A DNA stretch of 52,948 nt, the filler included, from Squatina squatina (Eukaryota), in NCBI GenBank assembly GCA_031763465.1. It is 3 parts of 3 records of this genome, joined end to end, with 100 filler letters (N's around TTAATTAATTAA, not from the genome) between each part and the next. Parts side by side here need not be neighbours in the genome. Positions count along the whole stretch, not along the records: positions 20,495 to 38,689 come from JARFOE010000219.1; positions 38,790 to 52,948 come from JARFOE010000073.1; 1 more part is not named here. One strand, given 5' to 3'. The notes beneath the pieces were generated by a model. The model was not told the origin of the DNA and made no database searches. It was given only the letters and a program-made list of their open reading frames with translations. The position numbers and the translations under genes were made by a program. Positions 25,361 to 39,730 of the stretch are shown here, one piece after another. Every line of letters starts with the position of its first letter. Position 1 is the first letter of the stretch.

Positions 25361-26282
25361 TCTATATCAAATACATTATCATAAACAAAGTTTGGCTGTT
25401 GTGGAAAATTGAACATATTTCCTCCTTAATATTTCTTTATTATAACTGGTGTTTCACGATCCCAGCTTTAGGTACTGCATCCAGATGTCAGTTATATTCC
25501 TTAACCCCAATCTCAGAAGAAGGCATCTCAATGCACGACTGTAACATTTCCACTTGCCATACCAACATCTGTAATGGACTATCTGACCGAGAACAAGAAC
25601 ACCAATTAGCGGTGCTTGATGATCATTTTTCATTCAGGATTTCCATCTACTGGGAATTGGCTTGTGACTGCAGCAATTACTTTCACTTCAGACTTGCCTC
25701 TCCCCTTCCTGCCCTACCTCAGCAACATCCTGGTCAGCTGTCAGAAAAAGTAGGTCTCCATCCACTTGGTCTGATTTTATTCACACCGGAGTCTGTTTCT
25801 CTTTGAATTTTTGCAATGATTTTATTTAAATGAAGCTATTTTTCCTGATAACTGTAGCGCTAAAGAAATGAATATCTCTTGGTTGTTAAATGTGATATTA
25901 TTAATTGTAGATGTTTATAAGCAGACTGTATGTAACAGGAGTGGCTATAAGTGTAGACCAATTCAGAAAAAATTGTTGAGAATGTGTGAAATTTACATAA
26001 AATAGAACACAGCTCATAAACTGGCTTCATAATATATAAATATTAAGCAACTACAGAGAGAACATTTAAAATTATATCGTAAAGAAATAATGGCCTAGAT
26101 TTTGTGGTTAGAATAATGACAAGGCTATCAACACTCTCCGATATTAAGGTGTAAATCAGGCAGCAATTTTTGGTGTCTGCAGGTGAACAACTAAACATGG
26201 AAATCAGGAAGTTGCTGCCCGATTTGCTCTGCTCCTCGAAAAGCTTTGCTACACCGTACCTTGCTGAGTGACTTGGCATTAT

Positions 26283-26892
26283 AACAAACGAAGGGCGTAT
26301 AGTTGCAGTACTTACTCACTGGATACCAAATAAACATGCCAGAAAAGGTTTGGGGCGGTCCATTCAAGTATAAGTGAATTTTTAACTGTGTGATAAGTCT
26401 TAATTACTTCCGAACAACACCCCCCACCGGCACTGAAAGTTAACTTTTACAAGTATGGGGCCTCATTCCTTCAGATTTTAATTATTGTTGGAGTTTTTTT
26501 TTTAAATACTTTTTTTAAAACTTTTTCTCTCTGTCTCTTTTATCTCTCTCCCTCTTAATCCTACCTTTCTTACCCTCTCTTTATTTTGCTTTAAATATGT
26601 AACTTACACTTCCTGATTTAGACTCTCAGTCCCTGATTTCGCCCACCGAGGTGGGTTCAATGTGGCCGGGGTTGGTAGCAGGGTCCGAACCCACTGCTGG
26701 CTCCATCTTGCTCTGTAGAAGTTATTTTACATTGATGGGGCTTGTTAATCCCATCCAGCGAGGTTCCTGGCCAATTAAAAGGAAGCGGGCCTGATGACAT
26801 CATTTAATGTTGCACCATAAGCCCGTTTCCTTAAAGGGATCACATCCAAATTGATTTTGACAGCTGTGCTGTCAGTGTTCTACAGCACTGAG
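26283..26892. mobile_element. Probable non-autonomous DNA transposon remnants
   Basis: GC-shifted blocks with a tgatgacatca-type motif, similar to other dispersed elements in the window. Confidence 0.35.
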
Positions 26893-28984
26893 NNNNNNNN
26901 NNNNNNNNNNNNNNNNNNNNNNNNNNNNNNNNNNNNNNNNNNNNNNNNNNNNNNNNNNNNNNNNNNNNNNNNNNNNNNNNNNNNNNNNNNNNATATGGCT
27001 GACAAGCTCCTTATTTCAAATAGGTCAATGTGAATACTAAAATAGAGAAAGCATGGGAGACTGAATAACATGTTAAGTGTTCATATGCAATTATCCTACA
27101 ACATAATTTCCAGACATTTTTTAATGGGTTTCAACAGAGTTCTCAGCTATAAATATCCGTAACTTAATAGAAATGAAATCCCAACATAGATAGATCGATG
27201 GATCTCAGTGTTAGCAATTAATGAGATAACAAATTGACCAGTATATCAAACAGTTGCTTATTGGACAGGGCATCTGTCATTTATGTAAATTTATTTTTGT
27301 AAGTTTGTACACGGAGCAGACGGATGCAACATAAGAATCCCAAAACATATTTTGGTAATCTTTTCAAGTATAGTTGATTGCAAAATAAGTTGTTATCAAT
27401 TTATTAAATTAAGACAATTTTGAGGACTGTTTTTAATGAGCTTTAATGTAAATAACACCAAATAATAAGTTGCCCTTTTTCATAAGTTATGAATGAAATT
27501 GATTCAGATTTTTTCCCTGGGAAAATGACATAAGTACTCNNNNNNNNNNNNNNNNNNNNNNNNNNNNNNNNNNNNNNNNNNNNNNNNNNNNNNNNNNNNN
27601 NNNNNNNNNNNNNNNNNNNNNNNNNNNNNNNNNNNNNNNNNNNNNNNNNNNNNNNNNNNNNNNNNNNNNNNNNNNNNNNNNNNNNNNNNNNNNNNNNNNN
27701 NNNNNNNNNNNNNNNNNNNNNNNNNNNNNNNNNNNNNNNNNNNNNNNNNNNNNNNNNNNNNNNNNNNNNNNNNNNNNNNNNNNNNNNNNNNNNNNNNNNN
27801 NNNNNNNNNNNNNNNNNNNNNNNNNNNNNNNNNNNNNNNNNNNNNNNNNNNNNNNNNNNNNNNNNNNNNNNNNNNNNNNNNNNNNNNNNNNNNNNNNNNN
27901 NNNNNNNNNNNNNNNNNNNNNNNNNNNNNNNNNNNNNNNNNNNNNNNNNNNNNNNNNNNNNNNNNNNNNNNNNNNNNNNNNNNNNNNNNNNNNNNNNNNN
28001 NNNNNNNNNNNNNNNNNNNNNNNNNNNNNNNNNNNNNNNNNNNNNNNNNNNNNNNNNNNNNNNNNNNNNNNNNNNNNNNNNNNNNNNNNNNNNNNNNNNN
28101 NNNNNNNNNNNNNNNNNNNNNNNNNNNNNNNNNNNNNNNNNNNNNNNNNNNNNNNNNNNNNNNNNNNNNNNNNNNNNNNNNNNNNNNNNNNNNNNNNNNN
28201 NNNNNNNNNNNNNNNNNNNNNNNNNNNNNNNNNNNNNNNNNNNNNNNNNNNNNNNNNNNNNNNNNNNNNNNNNNNNNNNNNNNNNNNNNNNNNNNNNNNN
28301 NNNNNNNNNNNNNNNNNNNNNNNNNNNNNNNNNNNNNNNNNNNNNNNNNNNNNNNNNNNNNNNNNNNNNNNNNNNNNNNNNNNNNNNNNNNNNNNNNNNN
28401 NNNNNNNNNNNNNNNNNNNNNNNNNNNNNNNNNNNNNNNNNNNNNNNNNNNNNNNNNNNNNNNNNNNNNNNNNNNNNNNNNNNNNNNNNNNNNNNNNNNN
28501 NNNNNNNNNNNNNNNNNNNNNNNNNNNNTGTGACAGTTGTGTGACAAACTGGTTACACCAATCAGTAGGGAAGAACTGTCTTTTTATGCTTAAGATTTTT
28601 TAACCTGAACTCATCTTCCTCTGTCCATACCACCTGTTTTTGAGCATGCTAGAATTTCTAGACCAATACCACAAGGGCTTTTATTTAAGTGTGAAAACCA
28701 CCTAATCGGGTGCTAATGCTCAAACTTTCTGACACTTATAATTTACCCATGTTGTAGATTAGATTAATCTGTTTTTGAAGGTTCTTGTTTTAAAGATTTT
28801 ATGTGCTTTTTGCTGTGCTGCACTGTGATGTATATATTGTAATGATAAAAATGACATAAATGCACTTTGTTTTCATAACATGGGTGACCATGTTTACAGT
28901 ACTGTAAATGTAATCCAGTTTGCATTCTATAACTTGTTAGCATCTTACCAAACGATACAACAGTTCAAATGGATAAAAACGCTT

Positions 28985-29140
28985 TGCAAAATCAGAAGGG
29001 AATAGAGGATTATGCTGATAGATTTAGATGAGAAAGACGAGAGGTGGCTCGAGTAGAGCATAAATGCCAGCATGGACTGGTTGGGCCGAATGGCCTGTAT
29101 CTGTATCTGTGTCGTATATTGTATGTAATCCTATGTAGTA
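28985..29140 (+). mobile_element. CR1-type LINE 3' end
   Basis: gggaatagagga..gagcataaa..gcatggactggttgggccgaatggcctgt..tg..tgtaatcctatgta tail. Confidence 0.7.
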
Positions 29141-29187
29141 TTCATTTAACTGTTTTGCACGACAGTCACCTTAAATGAGCTCTTCAA

Positions 29188-29900
29188 AATCATAGAATCT
29201 TACAGCACAGAAGGAGGCCATTCAGCCTGTCGTGCTTTTGCCGGCTCTTTGAAAGCACTATTCAATTTAGTGCCATAACCCTTCAAATTAGTCCTCTTCA
29301 AGTACATGTGCAATTGCCTTTTGAAAGTTCCTATGGAATCTGCTCCCACCACCCTTTCAGGTAGTGAGTTCCAGATCTTAACAATCCTCTTTGAAAACAT
29401 TTCTCCTCATTTACCCTCTACTTCTTTTGCCAATTATTTTAAATCTATGATTTCTGGTTACCGACCCACTTGTCAGAGGAAACAGTTTCTCCCTACTTGT
29501 TCTATCAAAACCACTCATGATTTTGAGCACCTCTGTTCGGTCTCCCCTTAACCTTCTCTGCTCTAAGGACAATCAATCTCACCCTATAACTGAAGTCCCT
29601 CCTCTCTAAGGACTTGACATCTTTCTAAAGTGTAGTGTCCAGAATTGTATGCAATACTCCAGCTGAGGCCTAAGCAGTGATTTGTAAAGGTTCAACATGA
29701 CTTCCTTATTTTTGTCTTTAGTGCCCCTATTTACAAAGCCAAATATCCCTTATGTTTTCTTAACCACTTTATCAACTTTCCCTGCCATCTTCAAAGATTT
29801 GTGAATATGTACCCCCAGGTCCCTCTGCTCCTGCGCTCCCCTCAAAAGAGTACAATTTAGATTATACTGTTTTTCCATGAGTGCATCACTTCACACTTAA
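29188..29900 (-). mobile_element. CR1-type LINE ORF2 C-terminus and 3' UTR
   Basis: FSKRIVKIWNSLPERVVGADSIGTFKRQLHMYLKRTNLKGYG is the CR1 ORF2 C-terminal consensus. Confidence 0.85.
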
Positions 29901-30408
29901 AAGAAAGATCACATTGTGCTAATAAATTATACATGCCCCAACTTGCCAATTATGTTAGTACTTGAGAGGAATTAGGCCCAGCTTATAGTGTCGATGCTGC
30001 CAGCTCTTGCCTCGTCTCCACATCATGTACATTCTGGGAATTCCACTAAGTAGGACAGTGAGGATAGAGTTAATTTGCAGTTCAGAAGCTGCAATATGAT
30101 ACAAATGTGCATCTCAGCTTTTTCCTATTACACTAGACAAACCTAGTATTAGTAAATACCTTGCAGTGAAGATAAATTCCAGGCAAATGGAAATTCTGCA
30201 TGTCGGAATTTTTCAGTAGCTTGGTTTGGAAACTCTTTGAGCATAATGTTGGGCTGATGGGTAACCTTGACTCTAGAAAATCATTCGAGGCCAGGGGTGC
30301 AACCTTGTGGCAAGGCAGAATACCTGCCCCTTTGAAAGTGCACTGAGATGAGCTTCAATGGAAAAGCCAAGCTCTTGTGTCTTCAACACTTTATCATGGT
30401 TATAAGAG

Positions 30409-30896
30409 ACCATGGGGGCCCAATTGGTGTGATTCATGCCCGGGTAGTGCCGATTAGCTACTCGGTGCTACTCGGGCATGAAATCAGCGTTGAGTGAAAA
30501 AATTTGAAAAAGTTGTATTGGGCCTGGTGCCCCGGCAGCGTATANNNNNNNNNNNNNNNNNNNNNNNNNNNNNNNNNNNNNNNNNNNNNNNNNNNNNNNN
30601 NNNNNNNNNNNNNNNNNNNNNNNNNNNNNNNNNNNNNNNNNNNNCACCAGAGGTGCATTTACCAGGGAATTTTCTGCTGGGTTGCTCAGGAGGCGTTGCG
30701 TGAGGTGATGACGTCACCATCACCGTGCGCTGCCGAGAATGGCGCCTCGCCGGGCCACAGAGGCGTTCCCTTTAGGCGCCTCTGCAAAACGGGAGCCGAA
30801 TTTCCGGCGTGGCGTTAATCGCTCCGTTTGTGCCAAAAAAATGTTTTACGACTCCATAACACTTAAGCCCAGAGGTACCAAATTTCACCCCATGGT
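30409..30896. mobile_element. Non-autonomous DNA transposon with terminal inverted repeats (Harbinger-like), internally gapped
   Basis: Left end accatgggggcccaattggt versus reverse complement of right end accatggggtgaaatttggt. GC-rich interior with tgatgacgtca. Confidence 0.6.
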
Positions 30897-32129
30897 ATTT
30901 TTGTAGCTGATGACTGGAATTCATTCACATAGCAATTGGTCTCACGATATAGAACTATTTAAAGAAACAAAATGTCCTTCAGTAACGATAAGCTATTACT
31001 CTGTATAAGTGATTAATAGTGTGTAATTCATACATTTATCATAGATACAACCTAAATTGTATTCTGGAGATCCCTAAGGATTAGGTGAATATAAATATGG
31101 GTGTCATCATAATTAGCATCTGGAAAAGTATACCAATTAGGACAGGATGGAGTTGCTTTAATATCTATTGCCCCTCCCCAACAGAGTTGACCTCAATACA
31201 GAATGTACCTTGAAACTGAAAAACATGTTCCAGAGGCAATGAAGCCCCAATTATAACAGGAATAGAAGTGGGCGGCCATTATTTTGTAAATGCCAATAAT
31301 CAGCGAAACAAGCTTTNNNNNNNNNNTGTAATTATCTTTTCAGCTTTTGTTCCTTTGTCATCCATTATCTCTGGGTTTCTTAGAAACTAAAGTACTACAA
31401 GATAAAACTTGTTTTTAATTTTTCTGCTTTCTTAAAAAAGCTGACATTTACAGAGTTAACAAGCAGATTCACAGGGTAATAGCATACCAGTTAATGGACT
31501 CATGAAGTACTAATGTAAACCCCAAATAATACAACACTCAATGGAAGCTTTTTAAAGGCAACTTGCTATTCATAAAGTAATAATAAGAAAAATGAAAAGT
31601 TTAATTGTCTCAAAAATCTTTTTTGCTGTTCAACAAAATCGGATTTGTAATTCCTGGGAAAATGTCACATTTTTTCACCCAATCTCAGCACTGAGTGCTT
31701 TCAGGTCAGATGTATTACAGGCTAGATACAGAATAAAGTTCTCACCATTCTGTTCCATCCCAAACCTCACCATGTTTATTTCCCAATTTCCACCCCAGCT
31801 GACCTTTTGAATGAGATTGCCAGTAAGTTAGTTTTGTGCTATGCGCCTGCATCCACAAGGAACTGGGTTGAGGCTACCCAATTCATTTTTGCTTAGCTGC
31901 TTAAATGGGGCAAAGAATTTCATTCAGCATTTTGAGCTTAATNNNNNNNNNNNNNNNNNNNNNNNNNNNNNNNNNNNNNNNNNNNNNNNNNNNNNNNNNN
32001 NNNNNNNNNNNNNNNNNNNNNNNNNNNNNNNNNNNNNNNNNNCTACAAAAATTTACTCGATGCTGCTAACAAATTCTAACTCTGTTTTACCCTCGACACT
32101 TGGAACACTCCCCTTTAAGGTACCGCTGC

Positions 32130-32260
32130 AGTCCCGCAATGATTGGCAGTCGGAGCGCTCAGCCATCAGGTTGGAACTTTGCCCGGACGGAACGACCCAA
32201 TCCGAGCGGCGGCGGAGGGCGCGTGACGGTGGCTGGGCGGGGTGCTGAGTGAGCGGCGAC
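32130..32260 (+). promoter_or_regulatory. TRIM9 CpG-island promoter with CCAAT and GC boxes
   Basis: ATTGG 32142-32146, CCAAT 32197-32201 and GGGCGGGG 32235-32242 in CpG-dense DNA just upstream of the ATG. Confidence 0.65.
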
Positions 32261-32314
32261 TGCAGGGGGAGTAGCTGCTTGAGTGCAGCACTCATCGTCA
32301 AATATTATCGCTGA

Positions 32315-32756
<442 letters not shown>

Positions 32757-32856
32757 NNNNNNNNNNNNNNNNNNNNNNNNNNNNNNNNNNNNNNNNNNNN
32801 NNNNNNNNNNNNNNNNNNNNNNNNNNNNNNNNNNNNNNNNNNNNNNNNNNNNNNNN

Positions 32857-32996
<140 letters not shown>

Positions 32997-33194
32997 TGAC
33001 AATATTGTCCTATTAATACAGTATTAGTGCAGTCTAGGAAAAAGATACACTGGCAGTGTGGATATGGTGTTGCATCAATGCCCTTTACATGACCCACTTA
33101 ATTTGTGACATCAAATTTCTCTCAATACTACCATCAGCAGTGACAGTCTTGTACCTTCACTCTGCAAATATCACTATTGTATGATGGGCAAAGC

Positions 33195-34200
33195 TTATAA
33201 TGGGATGTCTAATTTGGCTCTCCATTCAATGGCCTCCTGAGATGCTAAGAGGGAAAAATGAGATGCCTTCTGCAAAAGATCTTTTTCGGCAGGTTGGTGT
33301 GAAGTGTTCCATGTTCTGGGACTCATAGCCACAGTTACACTTCGGGTCGTCCCTCGTCTTCCACTTGTGGAGTAGGTGGCTGCATCATCCGTGCCCTGTG
33401 TGGATTTGCTTGAGCGCCGTCCACTGACTTGGAGGGAGGTCAAAGCCAGGGACCTCTGCTGCGGGGTCAATGATAAGGTGTTGGTTCTTTATGTTGCATG
33501 TGTCCCATGATGCCATCCATCTGGATAGTGGGTTGATGCCAGCTGCATGATTATTGGCTGCTGTTTCACAGAATGGCCAGCATGGCTTTAATCGCTTTTG
33601 TGGTGGGTTTTTCAGGTTTTCGTGAATGGGAAGGTTGATGCTCTTTTTCATTTCACGAAGAATGGTGTCACGGCAAATGGCAGGCCGGGCAGTGTGGGAT
33701 TGCACTTCCACCATCTTTTGTGTGGCAGCTGTTGGACCATGAAAGCAGAGCATGATTCGGCAGCAGATTAGAATAGGGTCACTGTCACGGTGCAAAGTCT
33801 TCTGGCTGTGCTCCTCATGACGTTCCAGCGAGTTTCCGGATCAGGTTTTTACATTTTGGCCAATAGGTGAGAGTCCTGTCCAACTCTCAACTAGGTATTT
33901 TGGATGGGGTTCATGGGTAAGCTGCCTTCACCAGAAGGAAACATTGAGTTCTTTCTTGGTGGCATTGTTCAGATGGAATGCCGACACCGCTGTCTTTGAA
34001 TTGGGGCAGGGGTGCTAGGTTCAGAAGTAGCATTCCAGTAGGTCCAGGTCACTTGTGAGCATCCTGCTTGCTTCCTCCAGCATTGATGCCTGTGTCAGCA
34101 GAGCTATGTCATCAGCATAAGCAAAGTTCCAGGATTTGGTGTAGGGCATGTCCACCATAAAGATGTAGAAAAGGAGCATCAACTCCTGTGGAAGTTGTAC
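33195..34200 (-). mobile_element. Degenerate LINE: RT core plus C-terminal CCHC zinc knuckle (Ingi/Vingi-like)
   Basis: FAYADDIALL RT motif, PGFDLP..QW.AL..I.TGHG, and LLHKWKTRDDPKCNCGYESQNMEHFTPTC. Stops and frameshifts present. Clade assignment is inference. Confidence 0.8.
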
Positions 34201-34663
34201 TAGACCAGAATAACAACATTGGTTACAAGAGCAAGACACTCCATAATAAATGGTTCACCTCCTGACCCCTCAAAGCCTCTCCACCATCTACAAGGCTCAA
34301 GNNNNNNNNNNNNNNNNNNNNNNNNNNNNNNNNNNNNNNNNNNNNNNNNNNNNNNNNNNNNNNNNNNNNNNNNNNNNNNNNNNNNNNNNNNNNNNNNNNN
34401 NTTTATTTTACAGGCATCCAGTGTTTGTTTCATTATCTTTGGGCAGACGTTCCAGAAACTTCTGTCCAAACTGTTTCCATGGAAATGTGCATCCCACCCT
34501 CACTTCCACACTTAAGCGTCTTCCTCCGCGTATAATCACATAACATAAGAAATCTGAGCAGGAGTCGGCTGTATGGCCCCTCGAGCCTGCTCCACCGTTT
34601 AGTAAGATCATGGCTGAACATATATCTTTTTGAGAATCAGTGATATTTGTCTCCTTTTGGTAG

Positions 34664-34807
<144 letters not shown>

Positions 34808-35369
34808 TGATTTGTACTATTAAATGATATGATATTCAGCAATTTGCATGGGCTCCCTGGAACAACATTCAGAGATTTTGCTCCTGTCTCTTGTAANNNN
34901 NNNNNNAGCTTGGGGAATTAAGTTACTCATACATCAATATGGCCTCCTGGCTCTCAGTCTTTGTGCCTTTGCCTTTGATTTTTTTTGTGTCTGTGTACTA
35001 TTAAACCAATATGCAGAAATCCAATATCCATGAACGTGTATAAATATTTATTTCCCTATCATAATCTATGGATTTCAACTCTTGAAAAATGCAAATTCTG
35101 TCCTGTGTTTGATTTTAATTCTGGTCTCATTGACTACTAATATATTAGCTGCAGTAACTGCAGACTGAACAAAAAGGAATCCATATCTAAAACTCATCTT
35201 GAAAGAAGTTGTCTGAAAAACGATGGAGAGACCAGCTTCAATCTGCAAATGTTTTTTTTAAAGTGAAAGATACTTTATGGAATGCCAGTCATTATTTTTG
35301 AAATTTAGTATTGTATCTGTAATGACATGCATATCACTTATAGATGTGAGTGTAATTCTGATAGGTTAA

Positions 35370-35570
<201 letters not shown>

Positions 35571-36170
35571 TGAGTATAAAAATTGCTGAAAATATTCCTT
35601 GGCCAGATAAGTCCATTGTTTTCCAGAGCAGATATAATTTAAAATAAGTTGGTCAGGAAATTAATTTATTTTAGCTGTTACTCATCTCCATACATCTTCC
35701 ATTTCCATTCTTTTGAAAGTACTCTCTCGCATCTTGAAATTATAGAAGTAAAATGAATGATCAGTAATGACTTATAAAGTAACAAAATTACATAATAAGT
35801 AGAGTGGCAATCTGTGTTGAGACAGCAGCAAAGTATTTATTTAAAATTTGAGTGTGGGAGGAGAAGGGGGCAACTTTTCTCCATGTTCGGAAAGATTTTG
35901 TTTCGAAAACAAAATTTACCAGCAAAGGAAATGAGCTTAACTTCAATTAAAAAATTTAGATGTGCAATTTAAAAAAAAAACTAATGTCCCTGTGGAGTTT
36001 TTTAAAATGTGCTCATCTACATGAAAGTTATGGTACATCTCAGGACTTTGGTTCTGATCTGATACCCATGNNNNNNNNNNNNNNNNNNNNNNNNNNNNNN
36101 NNNNNNNNNNNNNNNNNNNNNNNNNNNNNNNNNNNNNNNNNNNNNNNNNNNNNNNNNNNNNNNNNNNNNN

Positions 36171-36440
36171 CTTGACGAATTCAGCTGCGGGCGGCCATTT
36201 TGGGCGTTGCGCCCACTGATGATGTCACCCAGATCACCTAACGTCAAAATGAACGTTTCCAGCCTTACCAGGTTTATGCCCGTTTAACGCCATTCTTTTG
36301 GGTACCCGAATTGTACGACGCTAAAGTTAACACCAAAAATAAGCGTTAAGCACTTAACGCTGATATAGCGCTCATTTAGTGCCAAAAAAAACCCAAATTG
36401 GGCGCCCGTCGAATTTTTTATAAAAACAACAGCTACGCTA
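36171..36440. mobile_element. GC-rich non-autonomous DNA element arm, related to 30645-30890 and 38592-38689
   Basis: Shares tttagtgccaaaaaaa, ccaaattgggcgccc and tgatgatgtcac motifs with those blocks. Confidence 0.5.
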
Positions 36441-36469
36441 AATACCTTATTGGGCAAAAGTGAAAACTT

Positions 36470-36650
36470 CGATCAGACCACCCCATAAGCTTCTAAATTT
36501 GAGGGAATACAACCCTAATTTGTGTAGTCTCTCTTCATAACGTAACCCTTGAAGTCCAGGTATCAATCTGGTAAACTTACACTGCACTTCTTCCTAGGCC
36601 AATATATCCTTCCAAAGGTGTAGTGCCCAGAACTGCTCACAGTACTCCAG
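36470..36650 (-). mobile_element. CR1-type LINE fragment
   Basis: ctggtaaac..ctgcact..ccaatatatccttc..ggtg..gcccagaactgctcacagtactccagg is the reverse complement of the LEYCEQFWA region. Confidence 0.7.
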
Positions 36651-36898
36651 GGGACAAGCATGACCTATTTGAATTGTAAATCAGTAGGATGCGAGGGAGC
36701 CTAACAATAATTAAATGGGATAACAAATCATCTTCGGCAGTCGGATAATAGGAGTATAGGGAAGTTTCAGTAGCCATTTAATGTGTAGATGTAAAGCATT
36801 TCCCAATTAGCCTGCTGTCTGCGCGTCATGGGCAGGAGATTAACATTCAGAGAGCACAAGAAGTACATCCGCTTCCTTTCTACACTGGTCAAAAGTAA

Positions 36899-37102
<204 letters not shown>

Positions 37103-37534
37103 TAACAATGCCTTAAACATTATGTGCTTATGGGATGTTTGTGGATGCATATACTCTAAAATAAGTAGGAAGCTTTTTGCTTTTTTTTTAAGTCATTAAC
37201 AATACTGTAAAGTAGCTAATCTGCAAAATATAGGTTGTGATAAACTGTTATATTCAGTATCCCAAGTATTCATGGATTGTATACTGCTGAAAGTTAATGC
37301 TTTGCTCTTGAGGACAGTAAGCCTTTTAGTCATTTCTGAAAAGTGTTTTGATTATATATGCAAATGTTAAATATTTTTAAAGCTAAACTGAATGTATGGT
37401 GAAACATTTTTGTATGATTATTGTATTTTGTGCTGTTGACATTTAGATTTCCCCTTTAGGCCTTCATGTACTTTCACTTTTTCCCTCCATTCCAAGTGAG
37501 AGAATTTTGTGTACACCTATTAAGTTAACCAAAC

Positions 37535-37606
37535 CCACTGGAGTCTTTTGCGGATGTAACTAGCAAAGTAGATAAGGAGGAACCAGTGGATGTGGTGAAT
37601 TTGGAT
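37535..37606 (+). mobile_element. CR1 RT fragment
   Basis: FADVTSKVDKEEPVDVVNLD resembles the CR1 motif VTxxxDxGxPVDVVYLDF. Confidence 0.7.
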
Positions 37607-37707
37607 NNNNNNNNNNNNNNNNNNNNNNNNNNNNNNNNNNNNNNNNNNNNNNNNNNNNNNNNNNNNNNNNNNNNNNNNNNNNNNNNNNNNNNNNNNNNNN
37701 NNNNNNG

Positions 37708-38037
<330 letters not shown>

Positions 38038-38733
38038 TAAAGTAAAACATGATTATTGTTAACCCAGTAAATGCTGGACTCAATTGCGGAAAAGGCTTAG
38101 ATGTTATTGAGCCTAACTGTTGGGGAGTCAAATCGGCCTACAGAGTTGAAATGCAAAGATCACTGAATCAACCAAGATTAATGATTGGATTTCTCCTGTC
38201 CTTGTAATAGTTCTGTCAAAACTGCACAGTTTAACCCAGTTCCTTGATGTCCCCAACCTTCACTGTTAAAGCAAAAATAGAATGCTCATTCTTTGCAGCT
38301 GATTTTTACAAGTCCGACTGAGGATGAGGCTTCCTCTTTTAATGCCTTGTTCATAAACTACCATTTTAATTAGCATTAAGGAGTTAATTAGAACAGTTCC
38401 TGTACACACATCAGTACATGTTTTAACATGTTCTGAGTTTATTGCCTATAAAAACATGGAGAGAGATGAGGAAGGATCATTGAAGCTCATTCCTTTAATA
38501 CTGTATACATCACTTGTGTATGTGTCAAGCCTATGAATTTTATTACCAATACAAGATCAATTAGAGAAATAATTTACACTTGTATAGAGCCTCAGTGGGC
38601 GCCCAATTTGTCTTTTGGGCGTTTCTAGCGCTAAGCGCCGAATTTCGCACTGGAAATGGGACTCTTTGAAAATTTGCCTTGAATCCTCCNNNNNNNNNNN
38701 NNNNNNNNNNNNNNNNNNNNNNNNNNNNNNNNN

Positions 38734-38745
38734 TTAATTAATTAA
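38734..38745. other. Artificial scaffold spacer TTAATTAATTAA
   Basis: Same linker as 20439. Separates the TRIM9 and TOLLIP scaffolds. Confidence 0.95.
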
Positions 38746-38806
38746 NNNNNNNNNNNNNNNNNNNNNNNNNNNNNNNNNNNNNNNNNNNNAAAGGTTTTAA
38801 CCATAC

Positions 38807-38897
38807 CTGTAATAGGCACATATCCTAGTCCCTGTTGGTAGACAGTGGGCATTAGCACTACTGGCTGTGGCTGCACCAACATGTTTGGCGGCAGTGT
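38807..38897 (-). CDS. TOLLIP: Toll-interacting protein, exon 5 (91 nt)
   Basis: ttccaacag|[31 protein letters not shown]|gtatgg. Confidence 0.95.
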
Positions 38898-39117
38898 CTG
38901 TTGGAATACAAGAAAAAATGTAAGGAATGTATTTTCCTCCCAAAAGTGAAATAAAAATTAGTGAGTGTGGGAGAATTTGAACGTCAAGTTGTGTCACACA
39001 ATCCTCGTTTCATCTGTGTACAAGTAAAACCTACACAAATTATCTGAATATGAAAAATGGGTAAAACTTACTAAAATTTCTCAAAGAAAATTCTGTGTTG
39101 GACAGAACCCAAACATT

Positions 39118-39441
39118 TAGAAAATGTACAGAAGGATCACCAAATGAAGCCATATGGGTTGAACTGAAGAACAAAAAAGGGCAATTACACTGCTGGGAGT
39201 GTACTATAAACCCCCAATCAGAGGGAGGTAGAAGAGCAAATATGTAGGCAAATTTGAGAAGTGCAAAAACAATAGGGCAGTAATAGTAGGGGATTTCAAC
39301 TACCCCAATATTAACTGGGATAGAATCAATGTAAGAGATAGAGGGAGCAGAATTCTTAAAGTGCACTCAGGAGAACATTTTTTAGCCAGTACGTAGCAAG
39401 CCCAACAAGAAAAGGGGCAGTTCTGGACTAGTTTTTGGGAA
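39118..39441 (+). mobile_element. CR1 LINE AP-endonuclease fragment
   Basis: EAIWVELKNKK..ITLLGVYYKPP and VIVGDFNYPNINW motifs, frameshifted. Confidence 0.85.
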
Positions 39442-39542
39442 TNNNNNNNNNNNNNNNNNNNNNNNNNNNNNNNNNNNNNNNNNNNNNNNNNNNNNNNNNN
39501 NNNNNNNNNNNNNNNNNNNNNNNNNNNNNNNNNNNNNNNNNN

Positions 39543-39730
39543 CTACCACAGAAGGCAGTAGAGGCCAAGTCATTAAATATATTCAAGAAGGAGATAGATA
39601 TATTTCTTGATACTAAAGGCATCAAGGGGTACGGGGAGAAAGCAGGAACATGGTACTGAGTTAGAGGATCAGCCATGATCATATTGAATGGCGGAGCAGA
39701 CCCAAATGGCCGCCTCCTGCTATTTTCTAT
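39543..39730 (+). mobile_element. CR1 LINE 3' end
   Basis: LPQKAVEAKSLNIFKKEIDIFLDTKGIKGYGEKAGTW* plus tail gatcagccatgatc..gaatggcggagca. Confidence 0.9.

Noticed and set aside
25399-25806. 135-aa ORF between TMX1 and TRIM9
   Set aside because: Non-ATG start, no motifs and no splice support.
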